The notes beneath the pieces were generated by a model. The model saw only the letters and a program-made list of their open reading frames with translations, was not told the DNA's origin and did not search any database. Both the position numbers and the translations under genes were made by a program. DNA of 64,000 nt from a virus, in IMG/VR virus record IMGVR_UViG_3300016471_000988, positions 62,791 through 126,790 of that record; one strand, given 5' to 3'. The first letter of the stretch is position 1. Every line of letters starts with the position of its first letter. Below, in pieces: positions 1 through 10,113 of the stretch.

Positions 1-1
1 G

Positions 2-259
2 CTTAAGACCGCATTAAGTGAATATAATGATAAACCTGGTATTGAACCAATAAAAGTAAAATCTTTCGATTTGCTGGATAAATTAAAAGCCATAGGAGTT
101 GTAAAGGAAAAACAAGTCGAGAAGCCTGCCGCAGAGGGCGAAGGCACTGGCGAGGTAGAGACGATTGATGATTTTCCTGAGGGTGATGACGTTACGACAG
201 TAGCTAGAGAGCTAGGTTTTGATTTAGGTCCGAAGAAATTTGATAGTTTTGATTATTAA
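2..259 (+). CDS. 5'-truncated hypothetical protein with acidic C-terminus
   Basis: Frame is open from position 2 (LKTALSEYNDKPGIEP...) through the tracked 71..259 ORF, so the real start is upstream of the window. Confidence 0.6.
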   Translation, partial: LKTALSEYNDKPGIEPIKVKSFDLLDKLKAIGVVKEKQVEKPAAEGEGTGEVETIDDFPEGDDVTTVARELGFDLGPKKFDSFDY

Positions 260-963
260 GCAAAAAACGGACTGTCACAATCAAACATACCGATAGCAGT
301 TATCCCTTCCGGTGTTATTTGAAATAAATGACCTTCAGGTAGTGGTTCTGAGTCTTTAAATTCTACACTACTAAATTCATTTTGTAAAGCATTTATAAAA
401 ACTGTACTACCACACCGCGCTAAATATATATTTCGGTTATTTGCATTGAAGAGCCATAATCCAAAAGTACCCTGTAATAGGCCTAAGGTTTGACATAAAA
501 TATCCGTATGATCATATTTGTGACCGAGTGTATCTAACATTGCTGCTACCATAAATGGTATAATGCTTGAATCAACAGGGTTAGGCCATTTTGGGTCAAA
601 GTTTTCCTTTATATCTTTAAAGTTTGTTAGCACACCATTATGTGCAACAACCCACTCACTAAAGCTAAATGGATGGGCTGTATCGCGTGAGTATTTTCTT
701 TTTGCTGAAGTAGGTGCTTGAGTATGGCCGAGGTAAAATTTTGCTTCACATGGCACCTGAGTTTTTTGTTCTAATATTTTAAGACTGTTTACTAGCTCTT
801 TTTCAGCCTCTTTTTTTGTTATAGAGCCGCTCCACCTGTGCACCACTAAATCACCTTGCGTAGTTAAAACACAAAGCGAGGTAGCGAACGTCCCTCGCTT
901 TCTATTTAAATCATATAATTCTAAATAGCGCTCTAATTCTCTAGCACCAAATATACCGCACAT
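256..963 (-). CDS. Class II (Ntn) glutamine amidotransferase, stand-alone GAT directly downstream of queC
   Basis: N-terminal MCGIFG (Cys1 nucleophile after Met removal); GHTQAPT, HPF, AHNGVLTN and DSS motifs of GATase-II. Confidence 0.85.
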   Translation of the reverse strand: MCGIFGARELERYLELYDLNRKRGTFATSLCVLTTQGDLVVHRWSGSITKKEAEKELVNSLKILEQKTQVPCEAKFYLGHTQAPTSAKRKYSRDTAHPFSFSEWVVAHNGVLTNFKDIKENFDPKWPNPVDSSIIPFMVAAMLDTLGHKYDHTDILCQTLGLLQGTFGLWLFNANNRNIYLARCGSTVFINALQNEFSSVEFKDSEPLPEGHLFQITPEGITAIGMFDCDSPFFA

Positions 964-1707
964 TTAGGTATTATAAGTGTCGTATTCAATTAATCTACAA
1001 TTATACTTTTTCCAAATATTACTCAAATCCTGTTTGTAAGGTAGAGGGTCTATATAACCTGCTTTAGCAAACCCTTTGATTCGTAGCGCGCTGCTTGGAG
1101 AGTTAGCATCACTTTTATTATTGCCTGAGTAGCACGTATAGGTTTTACTAAATTTTACCTTGAGTCTTATGCCTTCCTTGACAATATCAGCCTTATCTAA
1201 ATCAATTAAAGGTGCCTCGATAGTAATTCTAGTTTCCCGATTAAGGGCTAAAATACTATTTATAGTAGGTAAAAATTCTGGGCTTGCATCCCAATAACCA
1301 GCTAAACTATCAACTTTTGTAGCACCGTGATAAACAATTTTTGCACCTACAGCTTCTGCATACGAAGCTGCAATACTAAGAAAAATCATATTACGATTTG
1401 GTACATATGACTTAGGTTGTGCCTCGCCTGCTATCTGCCTTATATCTGGTGTTTCTATATTGTTGTTTGTGAGGCTACTTGTGGGCGCTAGCGTCTTGAT
1501 AAAAGATGTATCAATAGTTTGCCACTCTTTTATCTTGAGCTTCTTAACATGGTGTTCTGCTAAATTTAATTCTCTTTTGTGGCGTTGACCATAATCATAT
1601 GATAGACCATAAACATTCTCTGGTCCGAATGTTTCGACTGCCTTGTAAAGTATAACGGTACTATCCATACCGCCTGAAATTGGAACAACTACTTTAGCTT
1701 TTTTCAC
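964..1707 (-). CDS. queC: 7-cyano-7-deazaguanine (preQ0) synthase QueC
   Basis: SGGMDS PP-loop; YDYGQRH, YVPNRNMIFLS and TYTCY motifs. The C-terminal Zn cysteines are degenerate. Confidence 0.92.
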   Translation of the reverse strand: MKKAKVVVPISGGMDSTVILYKAVETFGPENVYGLSYDYGQRHKRELNLAEHHVKKLKIKEWQTIDTSFIKTLAPTSSLTNNNIETPDIRQIAGEAQPKSYVPNRNMIFLSIAASYAEAVGAKIVYHGATKVDSLAGYWDASPEFLPTINSILALNRETRITIEAPLIDLDKADIVKEGIRLKVKFSKTYTCYSGNNKSDANSPSSALRIKGFAKAGYIDPLPYKQDLSNIWKKYNCRLIEYDTYNT

Positions 1708-2776
1708 TTACAACCTCACCAGATGTATTTCCATACTTGTATGCGGTTTCAAGCTTTTTATCGAGAAGAGGGATCAGCTCTTCATAGAACTTTGGATCTT
1801 TTGTAAAGTTCTTCGCATATCCTAGCTTGGTACCGTCTGGTTTGGTGTAAGTAGAACCTGTCTGAATAATCAGACCGTGGTTAACAGCCATCTCGAGCAA
1901 GCCGCTATACTTGTCAAGACCAGTTAAATAATTTAAATCTATACTCGCCTCAAGAAACGGGGGCACAAACCTATTTTTTACAGTTAAGGCTCTTAAAGTT
2001 GCGCCGCTATAGTTTTTGGCTTCAGGTAAAATAGCGTCATTTTCATCTTCTTGTTTTTCGTTCTTTTTAGCAAGCTGAACTATTACACTGGCCATATACA
2101 GAGGTCCGCTGCCGCCGCTTTGATTCTGTACAAGCGATGGATACAGAGAGGCCGGGTCACTATATGTATGATTAGTCATTAATATAGTCACGCCAGCTCG
2201 ACCCGCTTTGTAAGTGAGCAATCGCAGCATGCTCTTTAACCCTTTTGCACGTGTTCCCATGTCTGCGGCAGACTTATCCTTTTCGGTATCGGTAACTTCT
2301 TTACTACTAGCAAGATTGCCCAAGCTATCCAAACTAATAATAAACTTACCCTGCAGATTATTTTCAACAATACTGTCTAAAAACGTACTAATCTGATTAC
2401 GTGCGTTTTCTATTGTATATACCGGTACGTATTTGGTCTTATCTGGGTCAAGACCTACACCAGCTGTAGTCGTTTTATCAATTGCAAATTCTGTATCAAA
2501 GATTACTGGTATCATTCCCTTCTTCTGCGCAATACCCAGAATCTTATTTACAAGCAATGTTTTACCGGTCTGCGAAGGACCAGCAAAAATCACAATACGT
2601 CCTTTCGGCACACCACCATCACGCAGCTTACCAGACACTATAGCATTAAGTGCATAGCACCCGGTATCATGCCATGTATCTACATTACAAAGGGCATTCT
2701 CCGAAAGAAACGTAGCTTCCGGGTTTAAGGCATCAAGCGACTTGAACGCTTTTGCCAGAAGGTCGTCTTGCTTCAT
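1694..2776 (-). CDS. uvsX: UvsX/RecA-like recombinase
   Basis: Walker A GPSQTGKT; DTE; DSLGNL; NHTY; KNRFVPPF. ATG at 2776 overlaps the upstream TGA. Confidence 0.93.
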   Translation of the reverse strand: MKQDDLLAKAFKSLDALNPEATFLSENALCNVDTWHDTGCYALNAIVSGKLRDGGVPKGRIVIFAGPSQTGKTLLVNKILGIAQKKGMIPVIFDTEFAIDKTTTAGVGLDPDKTKYVPVYTIENARNQISTFLDSIVENNLQGKFIISLDSLGNLASSKEVTDTEKDKSAADMGTRAKGLKSMLRLLTYKAGRAGVTILMTNHTYSDPASLYPSLVQNQSGGSGPLYMASVIVQLAKKNEKQEDENDAILPEAKNYSGATLRALTVKNRFVPPFLEASIDLNYLTGLDKYSGLLEMAVNHGLIIQTGSTYTKPDGTKLGYAKNFTKDPKFYEELIPLLDKKLETAYKYGNTSGEVVSEKS

Positions 2777-3135
2777 CAATCGTCAAACAACTTAATGACC
2801 GGACTGCCCTTGCCACTCTTACCTGTCTCTGCGGGAGCAGGAGTAGCAGAAAAGATTCGTGTATACTGCTCACAAATCTTAGGTTCCAACTCTACTTCTG
2901 AAGTGACGATTCTATCCTTGTTAAAGGAGAAGACCGCCCCCTCGCTACGCTTCGCGCTGTCAATAAACTCGCGGAAAAATAGCGGAATAAGTTGTACTTG
3001 CAATTGGCCGGACTGATTAGGAGTAACATGAAGCACCGCGGGGTTTCTTACCTTAAGTGCATCACCCTTATCAGAGACGACTTCAGCAAGAATAGTTTGA
3101 CCAACATGGTTAATGAATACTGTAATATCGCTCAT
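2776..3135 (-). CDS. Conserved small hypothetical protein of the T4-like replication cluster
   Basis: 119-aa ORF coupled to uvsX; TATATT box 6 nt before the ATG. Confidence 0.7.
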   Translation of the reverse strand: MSDITVFINHVGQTILAEVVSDKGDALKVRNPAVLHVTPNQSGQLQVQLIPLFFREFIDSAKRSEGAVFSFNKDRIVTSEVELEPKICEQYTRIFSATPAPAETGKSGKGSPVIKLFDD

Positions 3136-3165
3136 ATTCTTAATATATATGATCCTTTTCGTAAA

Positions 3166-5754
3166 TCAAGCTAAAAAAGAAAAAAGATCGCATTGTGTTA
3201 CTTCACCTGGTTTTTGTATAGCCCAGTCAACAGAATCATAGAATCGCTCTATAGCACTAAACATAATTTTGTCAAACATCATATCATGGTCGGGCTCAAA
3301 AATTTGCGCAAATTCTTCTGGGTAGTAGTACTTATAGGCGATTGCACTTATACCGTAACGGTTTGGCTGTTTCACATAAAAGTATCTAATCTTATCACCA
3401 CTGCTGATCTTTTCATATTTTTTATCTATTTTCAACAGATTTAATAATGTATTGTGCATGTATGCCGCCTTTACATGTAACGGCATAGATTTGACTGTTT
3501 TAAAGCCGTCACACTTAACAGCATACTTTTCATATCCTTTTAGCCCTGTTACAAAGGAAATATCACTAACTGGTAGCGTTTTAAATAAATCATACGTTTG
3601 CAGTACAATCTCGCTTGTCTTTTGTTGGTCTCGCGTTGTTAGCATTGTTTGCACGATTTTTTTTGCTAGCGGCTTTAAAGGTGCTGGCATCGTAGTGCGT
3701 GCAATTTCTACGCCTGTGTACTTAAATTTATCTGTAGGTATACCCTCTTCATCCAACACATGTAAGACGTATCTTTTTTTCTGAAGAAACATACCTACAT
3801 CACATATGGCTTCTCTTTTGAAGACAATTCTGCTATCTAAACTATTTAAAGATTTTTCACACCATAGCTTTATCTCAGTATTTAAATATGTTTCAATTTC
3901 ATGTACCAGTGCATGAAATTCTGCTGTTATTTTGCCTTTTTCATCGAGAAGATTAATATTTTGCCTTTCACAGACTTGTTGAAGTGTAATATAAACAGAA
4001 TCGGTGTCATTGTAAATAATTGGAGTATTTTTTTCTATTTCACCATCGGTAAGACCAGTTTTTTCCTGAATAAATTTTGATAATATCTTATTGCCTTGCT
4101 TGATAACTGCTTGACCGGTTAAAGTAATGCTTCTTGCCAGGTCATCATCACCAAGCGGAAATACTTTGTTACCTAATGCCCCGTATACAGTATTAATAAA
4201 AATTTTTATGGTATGTTGCTTAATATTGAGGATACTTATTTCATCTTTAATTTTTTGATAAGTTGGATCGGTTTTTTCTAATGTTGTTAATAGTTTTTTA
4301 GCTTTCTTGTGGTCGCGGCGAACCTGTACGCGCAACTTATAATATTGATCAACCATTTCTGGAATAATGCCTTTTGTTTTTTGGCTGAATAAAACTTTAG
4401 CTTTGCTAAGGCTTAGCTTTTCTTGTTGAACAAGCTGCGCAAACCTATTGATAGGAAGTGTAACAGTTTTACCATTAACATCTCTAATTATCACCTCCTC
4501 TTTATTTTGTGATTCGATAACTCCAAGCTTTGTTTCTGGTGATAAATTTAAAGTAACCATCACAGATGGATACAGGCTATTTGCATCAAAACTTACGATA
4601 TTTCTTTGAAAGCCTCGCTTTGGCTCACTCACATACGCGCCCTCGTTTTGCTTACCTTCGTCCTCGTCGCGTACGAACGTTGGAATTCGCATGTTACGAT
4701 GCCGCGCTCGAATTGCACATGCTCCAATAATGACACTCATGCTTCCCATAGCGGCTTCCATGGTAGTTAAGCCGGTATAGCTAAGCATTCTAAGTAATTG
4801 AAAATATTGTAATTTATCCTCTAATTTAACAAGCAATCTAACGTCTTGAACGTTATAATCGACAAACGTATTCCAATCACTATCCGCAAGACTACTTAAA
4901 TTAGTTTCACCATAATCGACCTTAGATTCGTTTAACTCAATCTTTGCAATATTATCAAGTTTATAATTTTCTCTAAGAACCATGCAGAATCGTTTATAGA
5001 TATCTAGATAATCTAGACAGGAAATACCATCTATATACCATCTAATTTGCTCTTTACCAAATTGTCCCTTGAGATGTCTACTGTAAACACGCCCGACAGG
5101 GCTCAACCTAGCTACTGTTTCATCATCGAATAAAACACGTATGCGATTAACTAGGTAAGGGAGATCGAAAAGAATCGAATTCCACCCCAGAATAACATCA
5201 GGATAATCCGATTCAATATGCTTAATAAACTTTTCTAACAGCTCTTTCTCCGTCTTGCAGTATAAAAAGATATGATCCTCACTTATCTTATTACACGGCT
5301 TAATACCCCACGTAATAAATTTTTTTGTCAGTGTATCGTAAATTGTGATAATATTAATAGGGTGATTAGCAGTTTCGATATTAGGAAAATCATCTACAGA
5401 ATAAGTTTCAATATCTAGAAAAAACAACTTTAATGGAAATTGTGAAAAATCTGTAGTCTCATTTACTTGCCAGAAGTTATCTAATAAAAACTGTTGTGCA
5501 GGAGAAAGATTCTCAAATACGCGGGTTATTCCTGACTCTCGCAAATATTTGGATTTTTCGAACTGATTTCTAAATGTCTTTTTCTTTAAATGCGTGTTAA
5601 AAATACTTAGTGCGTCCTTTGCACTATTATTTTCTAGAAAAACATATGGATGATATGTAGAATCAATAGCAATTCTTTCACCACTCTTATTCCATGTAAA
5701 AAGTCTAATTAACTCCTGACGAGGGTCATATGCAACATTTCTATAGCCAATCAT
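3166..5754 (-). CDS. gp43: Family B DNA polymerase (T4 gp43-like)
   Basis: Exo I DIET; Exo II GWNSILFD; Pol motifs SFDANSLYPS, KIFINTVYG and YNDTDS. 862 aa, with no intein-sized insertion. Confidence 0.97.
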   Translation of the reverse strand: MIGYRNVAYDPRQELIRLFTWNKSGERIAIDSTYHPYVFLENNSAKDALSIFNTHLKKKTFRNQFEKSKYLRESGITRVFENLSPAQQFLLDNFWQVNETTDFSQFPLKLFFLDIETYSVDDFPNIETANHPINIITIYDTLTKKFITWGIKPCNKISEDHIFLYCKTEKELLEKFIKHIESDYPDVILGWNSILFDLPYLVNRIRVLFDDETVARLSPVGRVYSRHLKGQFGKEQIRWYIDGISCLDYLDIYKRFCMVLRENYKLDNIAKIELNESKVDYGETNLSSLADSDWNTFVDYNVQDVRLLVKLEDKLQYFQLLRMLSYTGLTTMEAAMGSMSVIIGACAIRARHRNMRIPTFVRDEDEGKQNEGAYVSEPKRGFQRNIVSFDANSLYPSVMVTLNLSPETKLGVIESQNKEEVIIRDVNGKTVTLPINRFAQLVQQEKLSLSKAKVLFSQKTKGIIPEMVDQYYKLRVQVRRDHKKAKKLLTTLEKTDPTYQKIKDEISILNIKQHTIKIFINTVYGALGNKVFPLGDDDLARSITLTGQAVIKQGNKILSKFIQEKTGLTDGEIEKNTPIIYNDTDSVYITLQQVCERQNINLLDEKGKITAEFHALVHEIETYLNTEIKLWCEKSLNSLDSRIVFKREAICDVGMFLQKKRYVLHVLDEEGIPTDKFKYTGVEIARTTMPAPLKPLAKKIVQTMLTTRDQQKTSEIVLQTYDLFKTLPVSDISFVTGLKGYEKYAVKCDGFKTVKSMPLHVKAAYMHNTLLNLLKIDKKYEKISSGDKIRYFYVKQPNRYGISAIAYKYYYPEEFAQIFEPDHDMMFDKIMFSAIERFYDSVDWAIQKPGEVTQCDLFSFLA

Positions 5755-5801
5755 TTGTTTATTATATTTGAAATTTAGTGTTTAGCAATAAATTATATTA
5801 T

Positions 5802-5993
5802 ATGGATTATATAATGCAATTTTTTGATATGACAAGACCATGTCCAGAGCAAATTCAGGATTGCGAAAAGCATAGAGCGGCATACACAGCGGAGTATGAA
5901 GCAATAAAATCAAAAGGCGGCTGCGGCACTTGCATGGAGAGAAATTTAAAGCAGCGCTATATTGGTCTATTGCAACAATTTCTTAAACTGTAA
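5802..5993 (+). CDS. Small Cys-containing hypothetical protein (GCGTC)
   Basis: ORF with a CxxC motif; ATG 5802 follows a late-promoter-like AATAAATT. Confidence 0.55.
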   Translation: MDYIMQFFDMTRPCPEQIQDCEKHRAAYTAEYEAIKSKGGCGTCMERNLKQRYIGLLQQFLKL

Positions 5994-7233
5994 TACCATT
6001 AATGCGGTTAATATTGACGCGCTCTGGCGCACCATAAGGGTAATTGAATAGCTCGTAGTAACAATCCAGATTGCTACTATTCTCCATCCACCGACTATCA
6101 GCATTCTTACGAGCTGTAGCACATATATTCATATATCTTCCCTTGCGGCTTAATACATCTCTTACTATCCCAATCATTTCTTCGCCTGTTTTAAACTTAA
6201 ATTCCGCATCTTTGTATGTACAGAGATCTTGACACGCTATAGGAAGTCCAAAGCAATTAGCCTCAATCCACTTTAAATCAGACTTACTTTTATTAAAATT
6301 ATTATCCTGAAGCGGTGCAATCATCATGTTAATTCTTAGCTTATAAATAGCCTCACCATAATTGTAAAGATTTGTCCAGGGGTGGAATTCAACCAATCCA
6401 CGCTCAACTAACGGACGAAGCGGTAAAGGGAAAGCACCTAAAAATACCCATTGAAACTCAGTATGAGTATCATAGATAGTTCTAATTATATGCTCAAAAT
6501 CATCTCGCTGGTTTACTCTATTCTCTACATCGAAATGCGCCCCAGAGCCTGCATATAAGATTCTCGGCTTCGCCTTGTACGTGTCGTAGTTACTGCTAAT
6601 TTGTTTCTCATTATAGAAATGCCCGAGCCAAAACTTTGGCGGATAATTTGGAATAACTGTTACATGTTTATGTCCAGTTTTTTCCTTGTAATAATCCTTC
6701 ATAAAATCATTTGTTACAGTAATCTCGTCACAAAGCGACATTATGTCTTGTGCATTCTTCCGGATCTGGGGATCGACAAACGCTGTTTTAAATTTATTAT
6801 AGTCAGGAATATCCTCACAGAAAACTAAATCATCAATTTCATAAACAATTCTAAATCCCGTCTGGCCAGGTTGTTTCGATATTTGCTCAGAAACTTCCCG
6901 TAAAAACTTTACAAATTGTAGCTGCGACGAGGTCGCTTGTCTCTGGACACGTACCACCTTTACATTAACATACCACCGGGGGTCAAGCACCATGACAGTG
7001 CTGCCATGAACAGTCATTCTACCGTATGCGTTTAGTAGGTGCTCCGGCCATAACATTCGCCAAAACCCGCAGCCTGAATAATCAGCATAGTACTGAACGG
7101 CGCGGGGAAGATTAACGTCAGGAGGCGGTGAATTATCAGCTACAAGGGGAGTATTTGCAGGTACTTGTTGTACAGGTACAACACTTGGAACTGTTTGAAG
7201 TAATGGTGGTGTAAAATTACCTGTAATAAACAT
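5983..7233 (-). CDS. GT-B fold glycosyltransferase in the replication cluster
   Basis: ADYSGCGFWRMLWP, YEIDD and IAPLQDNNFNKSKSDLKWIEANCFGLPIAC match phage GT-B glycosyltransferases. Confidence 0.75.
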   Translation of the reverse strand: MFITGNFTPPLLQTVPSVVPVQQVPANTPLVADNSPPPDVNLPRAVQYYADYSGCGFWRMLWPEHLLNAYGRMTVHGSTVMVLDPRWYVNVKVVRVQRQATSSQLQFVKFLREVSEQISKQPGQTGFRIVYEIDDLVFCEDIPDYNKFKTAFVDPQIRKNAQDIMSLCDEITVTNDFMKDYYKEKTGHKHVTVIPNYPPKFWLGHFYNEKQISSNYDTYKAKPRILYAGSGAHFDVENRVNQRDDFEHIIRTIYDTHTEFQWVFLGAFPLPLRPLVERGLVEFHPWTNLYNYGEAIYKLRINMMIAPLQDNNFNKSKSDLKWIEANCFGLPIACQDLCTYKDAEFKFKTGEEMIGIVRDVLSRKGRYMNICATARKNADSRWMENSSNLDCYYELFNYPYGAPERVNINRINGITV

Positions 7234-7264
7234 TTCGTTATATATAGCTGCTATCTTTTATAGA

Positions 7265-9073
7265 TCAACTTATTCCACTCTTAGTCAACGTAGTAATTCC
7301 ATTGCATTTCTCTAGGCATATCATATTACCTGTAACAAACCTGGTACATTCTTTTCTATGTGTTATAACATAGACACCGTACATATTCTTAGCAACAAAT
7401 TCATTGAGCAAGTTTAAAACCAAATCAACACCAGCTTCGTCTAAGCTAGTATCGAGCAATTCATCATAAAATTGAATATTATAATATATATTACCTTGTA
7501 GGCTCAGCATATCAATAAAGCTAAACATAATAGCGAGATCAATTACCTTTCTCTCAGCACCGCTGAAATTAAAATATGTTGTAAGTTTTCCTTTATCGTT
7601 TACTATTTGTTCCTCGAAATATTCATTAAATGAAATAACGGCGTTAGAATTTAATTTTTTAAGATAATATGTTATTTTACTATTAAAGAGTTTTAGAATT
7701 TTCTTCACGATAAAACTCTTTACTCCTTCCTCGCTAACAATAAATTTTACTGTATCTAATAGATTTAAAACTTTTTGCAGGTTATCGAGCTTTTCCTTTG
7801 CAGCTGTAAATTTCGCCTTAGCATCTTCAATAAGATTGGTAAGACCTGTGCTTGTATCAGTTAGATGTTGTAAATCCTGATTAACCTGCTCGTTGAGCTT
7901 TTTAAGCTGCGCAAGTTTACTCTTGTCGTTAACTAGCTGCTGGTCGGATAATTTACTATGATTAATATTATTTTGTCCTTTCTTTACAGCATCCTGTATT
8001 TTAGTCTTTAAGGTACTCAATTCAGATATTTTTGCTTCGTAATCTTTAATTTCCGTCTCTCTTAGCTTAATCTCCTTCTCATATTCTTGCTTTGTATGGC
8101 GGATATGGGTAATATCATGAGTGTCTATTGTGCGTAAACACGTAGGGCAAACATCCTTATCGGTGCCGATCTTAGACATTGAGGTGAACACTAATTCATT
8201 TTTTGTCTCTAATGTTGCGACCTGCTTACCAAGATCCTGTATCTTGGTATCGGTTTCAGATAACTTCTCTGTTAGCTTAGTCAAATTTTTTGTAATTTCC
8301 TCGACACTCACAGGCTTATAGTTATTAATACTCTTCTCCAAGCTTTCGGCTTGCCGGTCATTGTCTCTCTGTCGATTGAGCAAGGTTTTTTTCCTATCTT
8401 CATATTCCTTATGCTGTGTAGTCTGTTGCGCTGTAAGAGTGTTAATAGAATTCTCAATCTCCTCACTTCGCGCACTTTCAGTATCAAAGTCTTTTCTTAC
8501 TGTTGATTGTTCCTCTCTTAACTGTGAGAGCATTTTACTAAAAATCTCTAGATTAAAAATACTCTCAATAAACTTTCTCTTTTCAGCTTTCTTCTTAGCC
8601 ATAAAAGGAACTGTATTATTGACCGTCATTACTACACAGTTTTGAAAGACCTCTGGGGTACATTGCAGTACTTGCATAATATAGTCTGTAGTATTAGCAA
8701 TACTGTCTCTAGTTATATCCAAATCGTTATGATAAAGTGTACATCTGCTCGGTTCTAAAGTACGTATAATTTCATACGTTTCAACATTCTTATTACTTGC
8801 AGCCACGCTAAAAGATAGAGTAACTTCACACGTTTTACTTGTAATATTATTAATAATAAATTCTTTTTTTAATTCACGAAGTGTGGTTCCGAAAAGCGCA
8901 AAATGTAGCGCGTCGGTAATTGTGCTCTTACCAACACCGTTGCGTCTGTCCATTTGATCCTTATTAATACCGGTAATTCCATGAAGACCTGGTCTAAACT
9001 TTAAAACAACTGGTGTATCCCCAACACTCAAAAAGTTTTTTATGGATAATTTATTAAAAAATATTTTCTTCAT
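7265..9073 (-). CDS. gp46: Recombination endonuclease ATPase subunit (gp46, Rad50/SbcC-like)
   Basis: Walker A NGVGKST; coiled coil with CPTC zinc hook; signature FSGAE; Walker B FYDE; ITH. Confidence 0.95.
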   Translation of the reverse strand: MKKIFFNKLSIKNFLSVGDTPVVLKFRPGLHGITGINKDQMDRRNGVGKSTITDALHFALFGTTLRELKKEFIINNITSKTCEVTLSFSVAASNKNVETYEIIRTLEPSRCTLYHNDLDITRDSIANTTDYIMQVLQCTPEVFQNCVVMTVNNTVPFMAKKKAEKRKFIESIFNLEIFSKMLSQLREEQSTVRKDFDTESARSEEIENSINTLTAQQTTQHKEYEDRKKTLLNRQRDNDRQAESLEKSINNYKPVSVEEITKNLTKLTEKLSETDTKIQDLGKQVATLETKNELVFTSMSKIGTDKDVCPTCLRTIDTHDITHIRHTKQEYEKEIKLRETEIKDYEAKISELSTLKTKIQDAVKKGQNNINHSKLSDQQLVNDKSKLAQLKKLNEQVNQDLQHLTDTSTGLTNLIEDAKAKFTAAKEKLDNLQKVLNLLDTVKFIVSEEGVKSFIVKKILKLFNSKITYYLKKLNSNAVISFNEYFEEQIVNDKGKLTTYFNFSGAERKVIDLAIMFSFIDMLSLQGNIYYNIQFYDELLDTSLDEAGVDLVLNLLNEFVAKNMYGVYVITHRKECTRFVTGNMICLEKCNGITTLTKSGIS

Positions 9074-10113
9074 TTACAATGATTGTACAGAGAAATAGTA
9101 TACTCTGTTATATCCTGCTTATTCTGTATATCGAGTAGATTAATAAATTCATTTATTGCTCTTGGTATATCCACACCGCTAAGATCTATTTCCTCTTGAT
9201 TTGCAGCCCCAAACAAATCAAAATTAATTGCATTATCTATAACATAGCTATGTGGCTTAAGTGTGCCAATTTTTGTTGAAAGTCTATCTAAATCATTAGC
9301 AGAAATGGTTTTATCAACAACAAGCTTAACAATATTATTACCAAAAACCTCTTTACCCTTATTGTGAAAGTCCTTTATTTTTATTAGATCGGATAGATTT
9401 ATTTTTATATGCCGGGGTGAAAGAGTATTTTCGTAAAATTGATATGTAAGGTCATTAAAATCAAGAATATAATAGCCCTTTGTTGTGCCTTCATCACCAA
9501 AATCAAGCTCAAAAGGTGAACCTACATACAATATAGTGCCTTTACTATACTTACGTTCTTCTCTATGATGAAAATGCCCTGATACTATTAGACTAGCCTT
9601 TCCGAGCAAATCACCTGATTTAAACCCATGGTCGCATATTTTATATGAGTTCATTTTAAAACTCTCAATTTCAAAATGACCAAATATTACATCAGACTCT
9701 GGAATAGTTTCAACTGCAGTTCCCCACGGTGCGAAAAAACATTCTTTACCAAAAAACTGTATAGAAGTTGGCTTATCTATCACCTCAATATTTTTTCTAC
9801 CACTAAAAATTCTTATACTGTTAACGCTACAATTATTTTTATAAAATGAATCGTGGTTACCGGCAATCATATAGATTTTTAAGTCTTTAAATAAGTCTAG
9901 TAATTCACCAGCCTGGTGTAAGGTGTTGACGGTTATTTCATTACGATTATGAAAGAAGTCACCGCAAAATATAACCTCCTCAATGTTTTTATCTTGTAAA
10001 TCTGCAACATACCACTTAGCCCAATTTTGCGACACCTCATGCCACGCTGGGCTATTCATATGAACGCCAAGATGGATATCGGAAAAGATAGCTACTTTAC
10101 GAGAATTAGGCAT
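9070..10113 (-). CDS. gp47: Recombination endonuclease nuclease subunit (gp47, Mre11/SbcD-like)
   Basis: SDIHLG, GDFFH, GNHD, FGHFE and SGHFH metallophosphoesterase motifs. Start moved to ATG 10113 (10122 is possible). Confidence 0.93.
   Translation of the reverse strand: MPNSRKVAIFSDIHLGVHMNSPAWHEVSQNWAKWYVADLQDKNIEEVIFCGDFFHNRNEITVNTLHQAGELLDLFKDLKIYMIAGNHDSFYKNNCSVNSIRIFSGRKNIEVIDKPTSIQFFGKECFFAPWGTAVETIPESDVIFGHFEIESFKMNSYKICDHGFKSGDLLGKASLIVSGHFHHREERKYSKGTILYVGSPFELDFGDEGTTKGYYILDFNDLTYQFYENTLSPRHIKINLSDLIKIKDFHNKGKEVFGNNIVKLVVDKTISANDLDRLSTKIGTLKPHSYVIDNAINFDLFGAANQEEIDLSGVDIPRAINEFINLLDIQNKQDITEYTISLYNHCK

Noticed and set aside
2214-3784. Plus-strand ORFs opposite uvsX and gp43, and similar antisense ORFs throughout (e.g. 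8121, 10759, 14099, 24803, 35454, 55279)
   Set aside because: They are shadow frames of well-supported genes, with no motifs or expression signals.
3166-5754. Intein or intron in the DNA polymerase
   Set aside because: The length is ordinary, the motifs are contiguous, and there are no splice-junction or LAGLIDADG motifs.
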